Counted from the first letter of the stretch, positions 25,023 through 33,889 are shown. The stretch is DNA of 39,523 bases from a bacterium (GCA_043809805.1 JBDROR010000247.1:1-39523), one strand, 5' to 3'. The notes: generated from the letters alone by a model not told the origin. Made by a program: numbers and translations.

Positions 25023-26903
25023 ATGTATATTTATCCTAAAAATTACGATTGTGTCATTGTAGGCGCCGGCCACGCGGGATGCGAAGCCGCGCTTGCGTGT
25101 GCACGCATGGGGATGGAAACACTCCTTTTGACGACTAATATTGATAGTATCGCGTTGATGCCCTGTAATCCTGCTATTGGCGGATTGGCTAAAGGACATT
25201 TGGTAAAAGAGATAGATGCTTTGGGTGGTGAAATGGCAAAGGTTACTGATAAGACAGGAATTCAATTCAAGATTTTGAATAAAAGCAGGGGGCCGGCCGT
25301 TCAATCTCCCCGCGCGCAGTCTGATAAATTGGAATACAGACTGGAAATGACAAAGATTTTAGAAAATCAGGAAGGATTAGATATAAAACAAGGGTTGGTG
25401 GAAGAAATATTGGTTCACAGGAGTGTCCACGGAAGTGTTCACGGCAATAAAGTAAAAGGCGTAAGGACTGATATGGATATTATGTATCGGTCAAAGGCAC
25501 TAATTATCTGTACAGGAACGTTTTTAAATGGATTAGTTCACGTTGGGTTAACATCTTTTCCAGCCGGTAGAATGATTGAGTTTCCATCAAACGGTTTGGC
25601 AAAAAGTTTAAATAAACTAGGCTTTCGCTTGGGAAGATTAAAAACCGGGACTAATCCAAGGCTTGATAGCAGGAGTATTGATTTTTCAAAGACAACCTCT
25701 CAATATGGTGATATCCCCCCTACCCCATTTTCTTATTGGACAAAGTCAATATCTCGGGAACAATTACCCTGTTTTTTAACATATACCAACAAAAAAACAC
25801 ATAAAATTATTTTGAATAATCTCAAAAGATCCCCTCTTTACTCGGGGAGAATAAAAGGCATAGGGCCACGGTATTGTCCATCCATAGAGGATAAGGTCGT
25901 TAGGTTTCCGGATAAAGAGAGGCACCAGATATTTCTTGAACCGGAAGGCAGGGAAACAACAGAAATTTACGCGAATGGTATTTCAACAAGCCTCCCTTCT
26001 GATATTCAGCTCAGATTTCTACGCACAATAGAAGGATTGGAAAACGCTGAAATAATAAGGCCTGGCTACGCTATAGAATATGATTTTGTTTATCCTGATC
26101 AAATAAAATTAAATTTAGAAACAAAATTAATTGAAGGTCTTTTCTTAGCGGGCCAGATAAATGGGACATCAGGATACGAAGAAGCGGCAGCTCAAGGACT
26201 AATGGCAGGCATAAATGCGGTTTTAAAGATAAAAAAGGAAAACCCTTTCATTTTAAACAGATCAGAGGCATATATTGGGGTTTTAATAGATGATTTGGTT
26301 ACGAAAGAGATATTCGAACCATATAGGATGTTTACTTCAAGGGCAGAATATAGACTAATATTGAGAATAGACAACACTGACCAAAGATTAATGGGTTATG
26401 GGAACAAATTAGGATTGATTTCTAATGCAAATTACAAAAATTTTAACAAAAAAATGGAAAAAATAGAAAAACTCAAAGGAATACTATGCAAAATTGACAA
26501 GAAACAATATAATATTCCAAAGAAACCGGAAAATGTTACATTGACGCAATATTTAAAAAGACCGGAAGCGCGTTTGATGGATATTGTAGGGGCAATTCAT
26601 GAATTGCCCTTACACAAATTTGACTCCGACGTTATAAATCAAGTCGAAATTCAAATAAAATATGAAGGATACATAAACAGACAGGCATTACAGGTTAAAA
26701 AATTTAAAAACTTAGAAAGTAAATTAATCCCGGACAATTTTGATTATAGCAAAATAACTAGTTTTTCCTGTGAAGCAAAAGAACTATTGTTAAAAATAAA
26801 GCCAAGGTCAATAGGCCAAGCATCAAGAATAACTGGTGTTACCCCTGCGGATGTGGATGTTTTAATGATTTATTTAAAGAAAATACAAAAATGTTCCACG
26901 TGA
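25023..26903 (+). CDS. mnmG: tRNA uridine 5-carboxymethylaminomethyl modification enzyme MnmG (GidA)
   Basis: 626 aa with the FAD motif YDCVIVGAGHAGCEAALACARMG. Also GPRYCPSIEDK and the C-terminal GQASRITGVTPADV. Confidence 0.95.
   Translation: MYIYPKNYDCVIVGAGHAGCEAALACARMGMETLLLTTNIDSIALMPCNPAIGGLAKGHLVKEIDALGGEMAKVTDKTGIQFKILNKSRGPAVQSPRAQSDKLEYRLEMTKILENQEGLDIKQGLVEEILVHRSVHGSVHGNKVKGVRTDMDIMYRSKALIICTGTFLNGLVHVGLTSFPAGRMIEFPSNGLAKSLNKLGFRLGRLKTGTNPRLDSRSIDFSKTTSQYGDIPPTPFSYWTKSISREQLPCFLTYTNKKTHKIILNNLKRSPLYSGRIKGIGPRYCPSIEDKVVRFPDKERHQIFLEPEGRETTEIYANGISTSLPSDIQLRFLRTIEGLENAEIIRPGYAIEYDFVYPDQIKLNLETKLIEGLFLAGQINGTSGYEEAAAQGLMAGINAVLKIKKENPFILNRSEAYIGVLIDDLVTKEIFEPYRMFTSRAEYRLILRIDNTDQRLMGYGNKLGLISNANYKNFNKKMEKIEKLKGILCKIDKKQYNIPKKPENVTLTQYLKRPEARLMDIVGAIHELPLHKFDSDVINQVEIQIKYEGYINRQALQVKKFKNLESKLIPDNFDYSKITSFSCEAKELLLKIKPRSIGQASRITGVTPADVDVLMIYLKKIQKCST
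26586..26613. repeat. Family B hairpin inside the mnmG CDS
   Basis: gtaggggcaattc-at-gaattgcccttac, encoding VGAIHELPLH in the MnmG C-terminal linker. Confidence 0.75.
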
Positions 26904-26907
26904 AACA
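26892..26907. promoter_or_regulatory. parS: parS site (ParB binding site)
   Basis: TGTTCCACGTGAAACA fits the consensus TGTTNCACGTGAAACA. The mnmG stop codon TGA lies inside it. Confidence 0.75.
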
Positions 26908-26936
26908 TTTGAACGCCAATTGGCAATCTCAAAAAA

Positions 26937-26952
26937 TGTTTCACGTGGAACA
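26937..26952. promoter_or_regulatory. parS: parS site, inverted copy
   Basis: TGTTTCACGTGGAACA is the exact reverse complement of the first site, 29 nt downstream of it. Confidence 0.75.
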
Positions 26953-26963
26953 TTGTAAGACAT

Positions 26964-27245
26964 TGTCATTCCGAACGGTGTAGGGGCGGCTCCCTGTGGC
27001 CGCCCATTTGTAGGAGCGACCCGTTGGGTCACCCAAAATAGGACGATTCACCGAATCACCCCGACATAAAAGGGCAGGCACGGGGACCTGCCCCTACGGA
27101 AGAAAAATTTCTCCCTTTGGTCGAAATGACAGTTGTGCGGTCAAGTTATCATTTCTAACGGACTTTGTCACTTTGAACGGTTTTTTTGTCATTCCGAACG
27201 AAGTGAGGAATCTTATACTAACAAATTGTGTGGTCGAAAGGACAA
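26964..27245. repeat. Large composite block of family A and family B repeats
   Basis: The block runs: tgtcattccgaacgg; then gtaggggcggctccctgtggccgccc, gtaggagcgacccgttgggtcaccc, ggacgattcaccgaatcacc and gggcaggcacggggacctgcccctac; then ttctccctttggtcgaaatgaca; then tgtcattccgaacgaagtgaggaatc. Confidence 0.85.
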
Positions 27246-27560
27246 TATAATAAGTCTCAGTGCAGAAAAAACAAAGTTCGTATTTGCTCGTATTGTATAG
27301 ATTTTACGAAATGCCTGTCGAGTGAATTTCTTTATTTTTATTGACTTAGATAAAATACTGGTTTAAAATTATTACGATAAATTCAAATTGGCAAATTCTA
27401 AATCCAGATGATTATAAAAAAACTCTTAAATGCTCTATTGGGTATCGTATCAAAATTAATAAACATAAGAAGGAATAATACTCTTTAACAAATCAACAGT
27501 GGCTTTTCTAGTCCTAATTTCAGGCGTTCGCACTCGCCGTTAAAAATAAAAAGAAAGATA

Positions 27561-27588
27561 TTGACAAAAGGTATATATAAGGTATAAT
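27561..27588 (+). promoter_or_regulatory. Consensus sigma70 promoter: TTGACA, 16-nt spacer, TATAAT
   Basis: TTGACA at 27561-27566 and TATAAT at 27583-27588. The brnT ATG is at 27598, so the leader would be only a few nt. Confidence 0.55.
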
Positions 27589-27597
27589 TATTATATC

Positions 27598-27861
27598 ATG
27601 GAATTTGAGTTTGATTCTCGAAAAAGTATTAGTAATAAAAAAAAACACGGGATTGATTTCTATGAAGCACAGATATTATGGGATGATTCTAATATAATTG
27701 AGATTCCATTAAAAACCAGCGATGAACCAAGATATTTAGTTATTGGTAAGATATTAGAAAAATGTTGGTCGGGTATTGTTACTTATAGAAATTATAAAAT
27801 AAGAATTATTTCGGTCAGAAGATCAAGAAAAGAGGAGATTGATATATATGAAAGCACATGA
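27598..27861 (+). CDS. brnT: BrnT-family toxin (DUF497)
   Basis: MEFEFDSRKSISNKKKHGIDFYEAQILWDD...IRIISVRRSRKEE is the classic BrnT pattern. Confidence 0.8.
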   Translation: MEFEFDSRKSISNKKKHGIDFYEAQILWDDSNIIEIPLKTSDEPRYLVIGKILEKCWSGIVTYRNYKIRIISVRRSRKEEIDIYEST

Positions 27862-28069
27862 ACTTGACAAAAAATTTGATGAGGGTGAAGATATTGCCAG
27901 ACACCTTGATTTGTCGAAGGCAAAAAGATCCGCACAGGAGCAAAAAAGGGTAAATGTAGATTTTCCTTTATGGATGATCCATTTATTAGACAGAGAATCA
28001 AAACGTTTAGGTGTTCCTCGGCAGTCGGTTATCAAAGTCTGGGTAGCAGAACGACTTGGGAAAGCATAA
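27848..28069 (+). CDS. brnA: BrnA-like ribbon-helix-helix antitoxin
   Basis: RVNVDFPLWMIHLLDRESKRLGVPRQSVIKVWVAERL. The track start is TTG 27839, but ATG 27848 is better placed after GAGGAG at 27832-27837. Confidence 0.7.
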   Translation: MKAHELDKKFDEGEDIARHLDLSKAKRSAQEQKRVNVDFPLWMIHLLDRESKRLGVPRQSVIKVWVAERLGKA

Positions 28070-28150
28070 CTCAATTATTTTTCCCCAAAGTAGAAAAATC
28101 TCGACAACAATTTATACTTTGGTGTAATTTGTAGGAATGGAAGGAGACAA

Positions 28151-29194
28151 ATGAGTAAGAAAATAATTTTTACTATTTTTGCGTTATTTTGCTCAACATT
28201 TTGTAATAATGGGATTCTCGCGTCAAATGATACTACAAGTAGTGGCTTAACGATGCAGATTTCATCGGATAAGAAAAAATACCAACCATTTCAACCAATA
28301 AATATAAGCATTACAATCACAAATAATACGCCAAATGAAATAACCTTTAATAAACGATTCGCCATAACTAAAAGAAAAGAAGCCGGTTTCAAAAGCGAGA
28401 TAGAGTTTAAGGTGGTTAAGCCTGATGGGGGTGAAGCTGAGATTGAATTTATATCAGATGTTGCCTCATTGGCAGAGAGTGATTTTGTAAAGATAAAGCC
28501 AAAAACAAAGTATGAGAAGATATTGGAAATTAATAGATGGTATTGGAAGGAATTAGCCGAAACAGGGCTATATACACTAAAATGTAATTATTTTAATGAT
28601 ATGCCAGGATATCAGAAGCTTGGAAGTGAAGGCTATGAGTTAGTGGAACTGTCCGCATGGATTGGAGGGTTAGACTCAAATACAATTACGTTTGTTATGG
28701 AAAACATTACTAAGGAAGGAGTGAATGCCTTAACCGCCAGATTAACTGATGAAACCATTTACTGGGGTGAAAGAAGTAAAGTTGCGGAAATATTAGGTGA
28801 TTTAAAGAATGGTTGGGCTTTGGCCCCTTTATTGAGCAGGTTAACAACAGGTGAAAATGAGGTGGTTAGAAATAAATGTATCGAAGCGATTGTAAAATAT
28901 GGGACATTCCCTACAAAAAGACTAATAAGGCTTTTGGCTAGTAGTGATCCTATAACCAGAATTTTGTCGGCAAAGACATTATGTTTATTAGGAGAAAAAA
29001 AGGGGATAAGAGTTGTTCGTAAAGAATTGCAAAACAAAGACTGGCAAGTTGTTAGAGAAGCGATGCTTGCCTTGCAGTGTTTGGATAAAGACATAGCTAT
29101 TAAAGATATTACAAAATATGATCTTGTTAACGATGAAGAGGAAATAATTAGTTTTACAGCGGCAAAAATTCTGAGGGAGTTGGGGGTTGAATGA
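28151..29194 (+). CDS. Secreted protein with a C-terminal HEAT-repeat region
   Basis: Signal peptide MSKKIIFTIFALFCSTFCNNGILA. HEAT-like repeats include VAEILGDLKNGWALAPLLSRL, VRNKCIEAIVKYG and ITRILSAKTLCLLG. There is a 4-nt overlap with rsmG. Confidence 0.6.
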   Translation: MSKKIIFTIFALFCSTFCNNGILASNDTTSSGLTMQISSDKKKYQPFQPINISITITNNTPNEITFNKRFAITKRKEAGFKSEIEFKVVKPDGGEAEIEFISDVASLAESDFVKIKPKTKYEKILEINRWYWKELAETGLYTLKCNYFNDMPGYQKLGSEGYELVELSAWIGGLDSNTITFVMENITKEGVNALTARLTDETIYWGERSKVAEILGDLKNGWALAPLLSRLTTGENEVVRNKCIEAIVKYGTFPTKRLIRLLASSDPITRILSAKTLCLLGEKKGIRVVRKELQNKDWQVVREAMLALQCLDKDIAIKDITKYDLVNDEEEIISFTAAKILRELGVE

Positions 29195-29862
29195 TAGATT
29201 TATTAAAACAGGGTTTATTGCAGTTGGGTATTGAGTCCAGTCCTGAACGTGAGGAGAAGGTTGTATTATATACGAAAGAGCTAATTGACTGGAGTAAAAA
29301 AATAAATTTAACAGCAATAAAGGTTCCTGATGATATAATAGTAAAACATTTTCTGGATTCATTGGTATGTTTAAAAGAAATTGAAGGGAAAGCGGTAAAG
29401 CTGCTTGATATAGGAACAGGCGCGGGGTTTCCGGGATTGCCGTTAAAAATATTTAGTCCGAATCTTTCTGTATCTATGATGGAGGCGACCGGAAAAAAAG
29501 TTCGATTTCTCCATGAACTTTTAATAAAGTTAAACATAGAAGATGTTGTATTACTTCATGGCAGGGCGGAAGAACTATCCAAAAAAGAGAATTTGCGGGG
29601 AAAATTTGATGTTATAGTGATAAGGGCGGTTGGAGAGTTAAAACTTTTAGCAAAACTTTCATTCCCTTTTCTCAAAAAGGGAGGATGCCTTTTGGCCTTA
29701 AAAGGATTTATAATTGACGAAGAAGTAAAACGAAGCCAAAAAGTTTTAGACAAGATGGGTGGCACCATTGAAAAAATATTGGATTATGAACTTATTTCAG
29801 GGAAAAAAGGGAAATTAGTGAAGATAGTTAAAGGAATTTATGAAAAAAATAGTACAGAATAA
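29191..29862 (+). CDS. rsmG: 16S rRNA (guanine527-N7)-methyltransferase RsmG (GidB)
   Basis: VKHFLDSL and the SAM motif LLDIGTGAGFPGLPLKI, then ARAV-like IVIRAVGEL. Confidence 0.9.
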   Translation: MIDLLKQGLLQLGIESSPEREEKVVLYTKELIDWSKKINLTAIKVPDDIIVKHFLDSLVCLKEIEGKAVKLLDIGTGAGFPGLPLKIFSPNLSVSMMEATGKKVRFLHELLIKLNIEDVVLLHGRAEELSKKENLRGKFDVIVIRAVGELKLLAKLSFPFLKKGGCLLALKGFIIDEEVKRSQKVLDKMGGTIEKILDYELISGKKGKLVKIVKGIYEKNSTE

Positions 29863-30856
29863 TTACGTTGAGTTTTTAGGCGAAATAAAAGAAAGAATCC
29901 GCCGCGCTCAATATGACGCTTTAAAAGCTGTAAATAAAGAACTTATAGCGCTTTATTGGGATATTGGCAGGATGATTGTAGAGCGCCAGAATCAATATGG
30001 ATGGGGTAAGGCGGTGGTAGAGAATCTAGCAAAAGATTTGCAAAAAGAGTTTCCGGGGATAAATGGGTATTCAAAAGATAATCTGTGGCGTATGCGAAAA
30101 TTTTACTTGCAGTATAAGAATAATGAAAAACTTGCACCATTGGTGCAAGAAATCGGATGGACGCATAATATTATTGTAATGGAGCGTTGCGAGGATAATT
30201 TAGAGCGTGAATTTTACATTCGTATGACGCGCAAATTTGGCTGGACAAAAAATGTTCTTATTCATCAAATAGAAAATAAAACCTATGAAAAAACAATGCT
30301 GAATCAAACTAATTTCAACAAAGTTCTTTCTGAAAAAATCCGCAATCAGGCAAAATTGGCAGTAAAAGATGAATATACTTTTGACTTTCTTGAACTTGGT
30401 GAAGATCACAGCGAACTGGAATTGGAACGAGCGCTAATGTCTAAAATTAACCGTTTTTTAATAGAAATGGGTGGAGTGTTTACATTTGTGGGAAATCAAT
30501 TCCGGCTTGAGATTAATGGCAAGGAATTTTTTATCGATGTTTTACTTTACCATCGCCGCTTAAAGTGCCTTGTAGCGATTGAGTTGAAAAGCGTGGAATT
30601 CAAGCCAGAGCATGCGGGTAAAATGCAATTTTATCTTGCTGTATTGGATGATTTGGTAAAAATGAAAGATGAAAATCCATCTATAGGTATTATTCTTTGC
30701 AAAAATAAAGATCGTACGATTGTAGAATATGCTTTGCGGGTATCAAAAAAGCCGATTGGTGTTGCTACATATAAGATAACCACGCAGCTTCCGGTAAATC
30801 TTAAAAAAGAACTTCCATCACCTGAACAGGTAGCAATGTTAATTGAAGAAATATAA
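29840..30856 (+). CDS. DUF1016 / YhcG-like PDDEXK nuclease family protein
   Basis: N-terminus NKELIALYWDIGRMIVERQNQYGWGKAVVENLAKDLQKEFPGINGYSKDNLWRMRKFY. The C-terminal core IDVLLYHRRLKCLVAIELK fits D...ExK. Confidence 0.8.
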   Translation: MKKIVQNNYVEFLGEIKERIRRAQYDALKAVNKELIALYWDIGRMIVERQNQYGWGKAVVENLAKDLQKEFPGINGYSKDNLWRMRKFYLQYKNNEKLAPLVQEIGWTHNIIVMERCEDNLEREFYIRMTRKFGWTKNVLIHQIENKTYEKTMLNQTNFNKVLSEKIRNQAKLAVKDEYTFDFLELGEDHSELELERALMSKINRFLIEMGGVFTFVGNQFRLEINGKEFFIDVLLYHRRLKCLVAIELKSVEFKPEHAGKMQFYLAVLDDLVKMKDENPSIGIILCKNKDRTIVEYALRVSKKPIGVATYKITTQLPVNLKKELPSPEQVAMLIEEI

Positions 30857-30948
30857 GTTTGCGAGGAATTTACTTTATCCCTAGTAAATGATTTACAAAT
30901 TATATGATTTAACCGATAAAGAAATAAAAACTGTGGAGAATTGTAAAA

Positions 30949-31767
30949 ATGGCCAATGAAATAGAAAAAAAAGATTTAGCCGTATTATTAAAGGAATCAT
31001 GGGAGTTTTTTACTAAAAGGTGGGCTATCCTTTTTCAGGTAACTCTTTTTGTATGGATTCCTATTTTAATGATAGCTCCATTAGCGGGATTTTTGTGGAC
31101 GAGTTATAATAATTTATTAAAAAATAACCCGGAATTATTATTTTCATTTAAAGTTATCCTTTCCGGCGGAGTTTTAGTTTTTACCATAGTTGGCATACTT
31201 GTTGCCGTTTTGTTAATAGATCGACTAATAAAGGTAACAATAATGGATAGCTTATGGGAAAAGCCGGAAGAAAAATATTGTCTGAATATCTTTAAATTAT
31301 TAAAAGAAGTATGGCCCAAAATGGGAGGATTGTATAAAACACAGATTTTGGCATGGTTTATTATCTTTTTATGGTCTTTGCTGTTCTTTGTGCCTGGGGT
31401 GTTTTTCTTTATTTTGTTTTCTTTTGTTCCATATGAAGTAATTCTGAAGGGAAAAATGGGAAATGACGCTTTAGTGTCGAGTAAAAAAATTGTGAGATGT
31501 AATTTGGGGAAATTTGTGGGTAACATGCTGGTTATGGTTGGGATTTTAGTTTTTATTAATATCGGATTAAGCGGTTTTTTTAAATTGATATTTTCTTCTT
31601 TCCACTCGATGACTCTTTTGAATTTAGGGGAGTTAGCAGCAACAATTATTTCCAATATTTTAGGCCTATGGGGAACGATTTTCCATTTTAGCTTGTATAA
31701 GGAACTGGAAAGAAGGTCTGTTATTCCGAGCGGAGTAGGGGCGACCCTATGTGGTCGCCCGATGTAG
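30949..31767 (+). CDS. Polytopic membrane protein of unknown function
   Basis: 272 aa with about six hydrophobic helices. The last ~15 codons (SVIPSGVGATLCGRPM) are translated from repeats, so the true C-terminus is uncertain. Confidence 0.55.
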   Translation: MANEIEKKDLAVLLKESWEFFTKRWAILFQVTLFVWIPILMIAPLAGFLWTSYNNLLKNNPELLFSFKVILSGGVLVFTIVGILVAVLLIDRLIKVTIMDSLWEKPEEKYCLNIFKLLKEVWPKMGGLYKTQILAWFIIFLWSLLFFVPGVFFFILFSFVPYEVILKGKMGNDALVSSKKIVRCNLGKFVGNMLVMVGILVFINIGLSGFFKLIFSSFHSMTLLNLGELAATIISNILGLWGTIFHFSLYKELERRSVIPSGVGATLCGRPM

Positions 31768-31840
31768 GGGCGCAATTTATTGCGCCCAGAAATCAGGGCG
31801 TGATAAATCGAAAGATTTCTCCCTTCGGTCGAAATGACAA
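31719..31840. repeat. Family A and B repeat block
   Basis: gttattccgagcgg, gtaggggcgaccctatgtggtcgccc, gtaggggcgcaatttattgcgccc and agatttctcccttcggtcgaaatgaca. Confidence 0.85.
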
Positions 31841-31850
31841 AATACGAACG

Positions 31851-33170
31851 ATGGAACATCACCCGAAGCCTTGGCGAAGGGTGACAAACGACGAATTTAT
31901 GAATTTATTTGAAGAGGAAGAAAAAAATAATATTGAAAAAATTGCGCCTTTAGCTTTGCGGATGGCACCAAAAATTTTAAGGGATTTTGTTGGGCAAAAC
32001 CATATTCTTGGACAAGGAAAAATTTTAAGGCGATTAATTGAGGCGGATCGGATTGTATCCATTATTCTGGCCGGCCCGCCCGGTTCAGGGAAAACGGCGT
32101 TGGCCAAATTAATTGCCGGCGTGACAAAATCACATTTTATATCCTTAAATGCTGTAATTGCGAAAGTAGATGATTTAAGAAAGGTTATCGAAAAGGCTCG
32201 GTATCAGCTCAAGACAAAAGGGGAGAAAACTATAGTTCTTATTGATGAGATACATCGTTTTAGCAAAGTTCAGCAAGAGGCATTATTACCGTCAGTTGAA
32301 AATGGAACAATCATTTTGATCGGACTTACCACGGAAAATCCTAATTTTGCCATTTGCGCCGCGCTGACGTCCCGCGCGCAAATATTTGTTTTAAAAAAGT
32401 TAAATGATGACGATGTTCGGATTGTTTTGAAAAATGCCGTTGAAAATAAAGAACGGGGATTAGGCAAATTAAAGATAAAAATGGAGCCTTTGGCCTTGGA
32501 GCATTTAATTAAAATGTCCGATGGTGACGCGCGCAAGGCATTATCCGCACTGGAATTAGGGGCATTAACTACCGAACCGGACAAAAATAATGTAATAAAT
32601 TTTGCTTTGCAAGTTGCGGAAGAGTCAATTCAGAAGAAAAAGGTTTTATATGACCGCGATGGGGATGAACATTATAATACAATTTCCGCTTTTATAAAAA
32701 GTATGCGGGGATCGGATCCCGATGCGGTGGTTTATTGGCTGGCAAAAATGCTGTATGCGGGCGAGGATCCGAGATTTATTGCAAGGAGAATCGTTATTTG
32801 CGCCGCTGAGGATGTCGGGGACGCGGATCCAATGGCTTTAGTGATTGCGAACGCAGCGTACCAGGTGAGTGAACTGATTGGAATGCCCGAGGCAAGGATT
32901 CCTTTGGCAGAAGCCGCAATCTATATCGCGTGCGCGCCGAAAAGCAACGCGTGTTACATGGCTATTGAAAAGGCAATGGAAGATGTAAGTAAAGAGCGGG
33001 TTCAGGATGTTCCGATACATTTGCAGGACAAACATTCTTCACGGCCCGACGCGGGTGAGGGGTATAAATACCCTCATAGTTATAAAGACGCAAAGGTCGA
33101 GCAGAAATATTTGGATAAGGGGAAAAAGTATTATTGCAGGGGTAAATCCATGTGTGCTCCCACTTGTTGA
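31851..33170 (+). CDS. rarA: Replication-associated recombination protein A (RarA/MgsA AAA+ ATPase)
   Basis: Walker A is GPPGSGKT and Walker B is VLIDEIHRF. The C-terminal MgsA domain reads YDRDGDEHYNTISAFIKSMRGSDPDA. The track start at 31749 is repeat-derived, so ATG 31851 or 31899 is more likely. Confidence 0.85.
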   Translation: MEHHPKPWRRVTNDEFMNLFEEEEKNNIEKIAPLALRMAPKILRDFVGQNHILGQGKILRRLIEADRIVSIILAGPPGSGKTALAKLIAGVTKSHFISLNAVIAKVDDLRKVIEKARYQLKTKGEKTIVLIDEIHRFSKVQQEALLPSVENGTIILIGLTTENPNFAICAALTSRAQIFVLKKLNDDDVRIVLKNAVENKERGLGKLKIKMEPLALEHLIKMSDGDARKALSALELGALTTEPDKNNVINFALQVAEESIQKKKVLYDRDGDEHYNTISAFIKSMRGSDPDAVVYWLAKMLYAGEDPRFIARRIVICAAEDVGDADPMALVIANAAYQVSELIGMPEARIPLAEAAIYIACAPKSNACYMAIEKAMEDVSKERVQDVPIHLQDKHSSRPDAGEGYKYPHSYKDAKVEQKYLDKGKKYYCRGKSMCAPTC

Positions 33171-33176
33171 AAGCGT

Positions 33177-33216
33177 TGTCATTCCGAGCGAAGCGAGGAA
33201 TCTGTTGTAGGGGCAA
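33177..33216. repeat. Family A unit plus a partial family B unit
   Basis: tgtcattccgagcgaagcgaggaatctgttgtaggggcaat. Confidence 0.8.
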
Positions 33217-33247
33217 TATAATAAATTGAAATAAGGGAGATTTTCGA

Positions 33248-33889
33248 ATGAAAAAGCTATTTTTTATTGTTTTTTTGGTGTTAATTGTGCTATCCTGTTC
33301 TTCTATGGAAGCGAAAGAATTAAGTATAGTAAATGAAAAAGAAAAGAAATTTTTGTTGGATCTTGTAAAAAGAACATTAGATGAATATTTAAAAAATGGA
33401 AGTATGCCAAAAATAGATGAAGAGGAATTGACGCAAACCATAAAGGAAGACTACGGCTGTTTTGTTACGCTTGGACTTGATGGTAAACTTCGCGGCTGTA
33501 TTGGATATTTACAGGCAATAAAACCTCTGTATAAAGCGGTAATGGATAATGCTATCAATGCCGCAACGAAAGATCCACGATTCCATCCGGTTAAATACGA
33601 GGAATTAAAAAATATTAAAGTAGAAATAAGCGTTTTGAGCAGTCTTAAAGAATTAAAATTCGATTCACCGGATGATCTTTTAAATAAATTAGTGCCCCTG
33701 CGCGACGGTGTAATTTTGAAGATTGGCGGATCCAACGCAACCTTTCTTCCGCAAGTTTGGGGCGGCCTGTCAAATAAAACAGATTTTTTAGAACAGTTAA
33801 GTTTAAAAAGCGGCAATTCGCCTGACGCATGGAAAGAGAAGGGCGTAAAGGTATACACATATTTTGCGGATGTGTTTGGAGAGGAATAA
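33248..33889 (+). CDS. AMMECR1-domain protein with a signal-like N-terminus
   Basis: GCFVTLGLDGKLRGCIGYLQAIKPLYKAVMDNAINAATKDPRFHPV is the AMMECR1 core. Confidence 0.8.
   Translation: MKKLFFIVFLVLIVLSCSSMEAKELSIVNEKEKKFLLDLVKRTLDEYLKNGSMPKIDEEELTQTIKEDYGCFVTLGLDGKLRGCIGYLQAIKPLYKAVMDNAINAATKDPRFHPVKYEELKNIKVEISVLSSLKELKFDSPDDLLNKLVPLRDGVILKIGGSNATFLPQVWGGLSNKTDFLEQLSLKSGNSPDAWKEKGVKVYTYFADVFGEE

Noticed and set aside
24945-25304. 119-aa minus-strand ORF across the mnmG 5' end
   Set aside because: It overlaps the unmistakable FAD-binding N-terminus of MnmG on the other strand.
26964-27245. Possible CRISPR array or other regularly spaced repeat locus in the dense hairpin-repeat fields (also 19391-19623 and 12056-12162)
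   Set aside because: The units are heterogeneous families in mixed orientation with irregular spacing and no unique spacers of constant length. No cas genes are present.
24724-27597. oriC with DnaA-box cluster next to mnmG and parS
   Set aside because: I looked for TTATCCACA/TGTGGATAA-type boxes in the two large intergenic regions and found no cluster. There are only isolated 8-of-9 matches elsewhere (about 10098 inside acs, about 20543). dnaA is not in the window.
28759-29768. Minus-strand ORFs 28759-29094, 28988-29362, 29154-29537 and 29556-29768
   Set aside because: They are antisense to the HEAT-repeat gene and to rsmG, which has clear SAM-methyltransferase motifs. They have no features of their own.
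31104-31862. 252-aa minus-strand ORF opposite the membrane protein gene
   Set aside because: The plus-strand product has coherent hydrophobic helices. The minus-strand product is K/N/T/I-rich shadow sequence, and its start lies in a repeat block.
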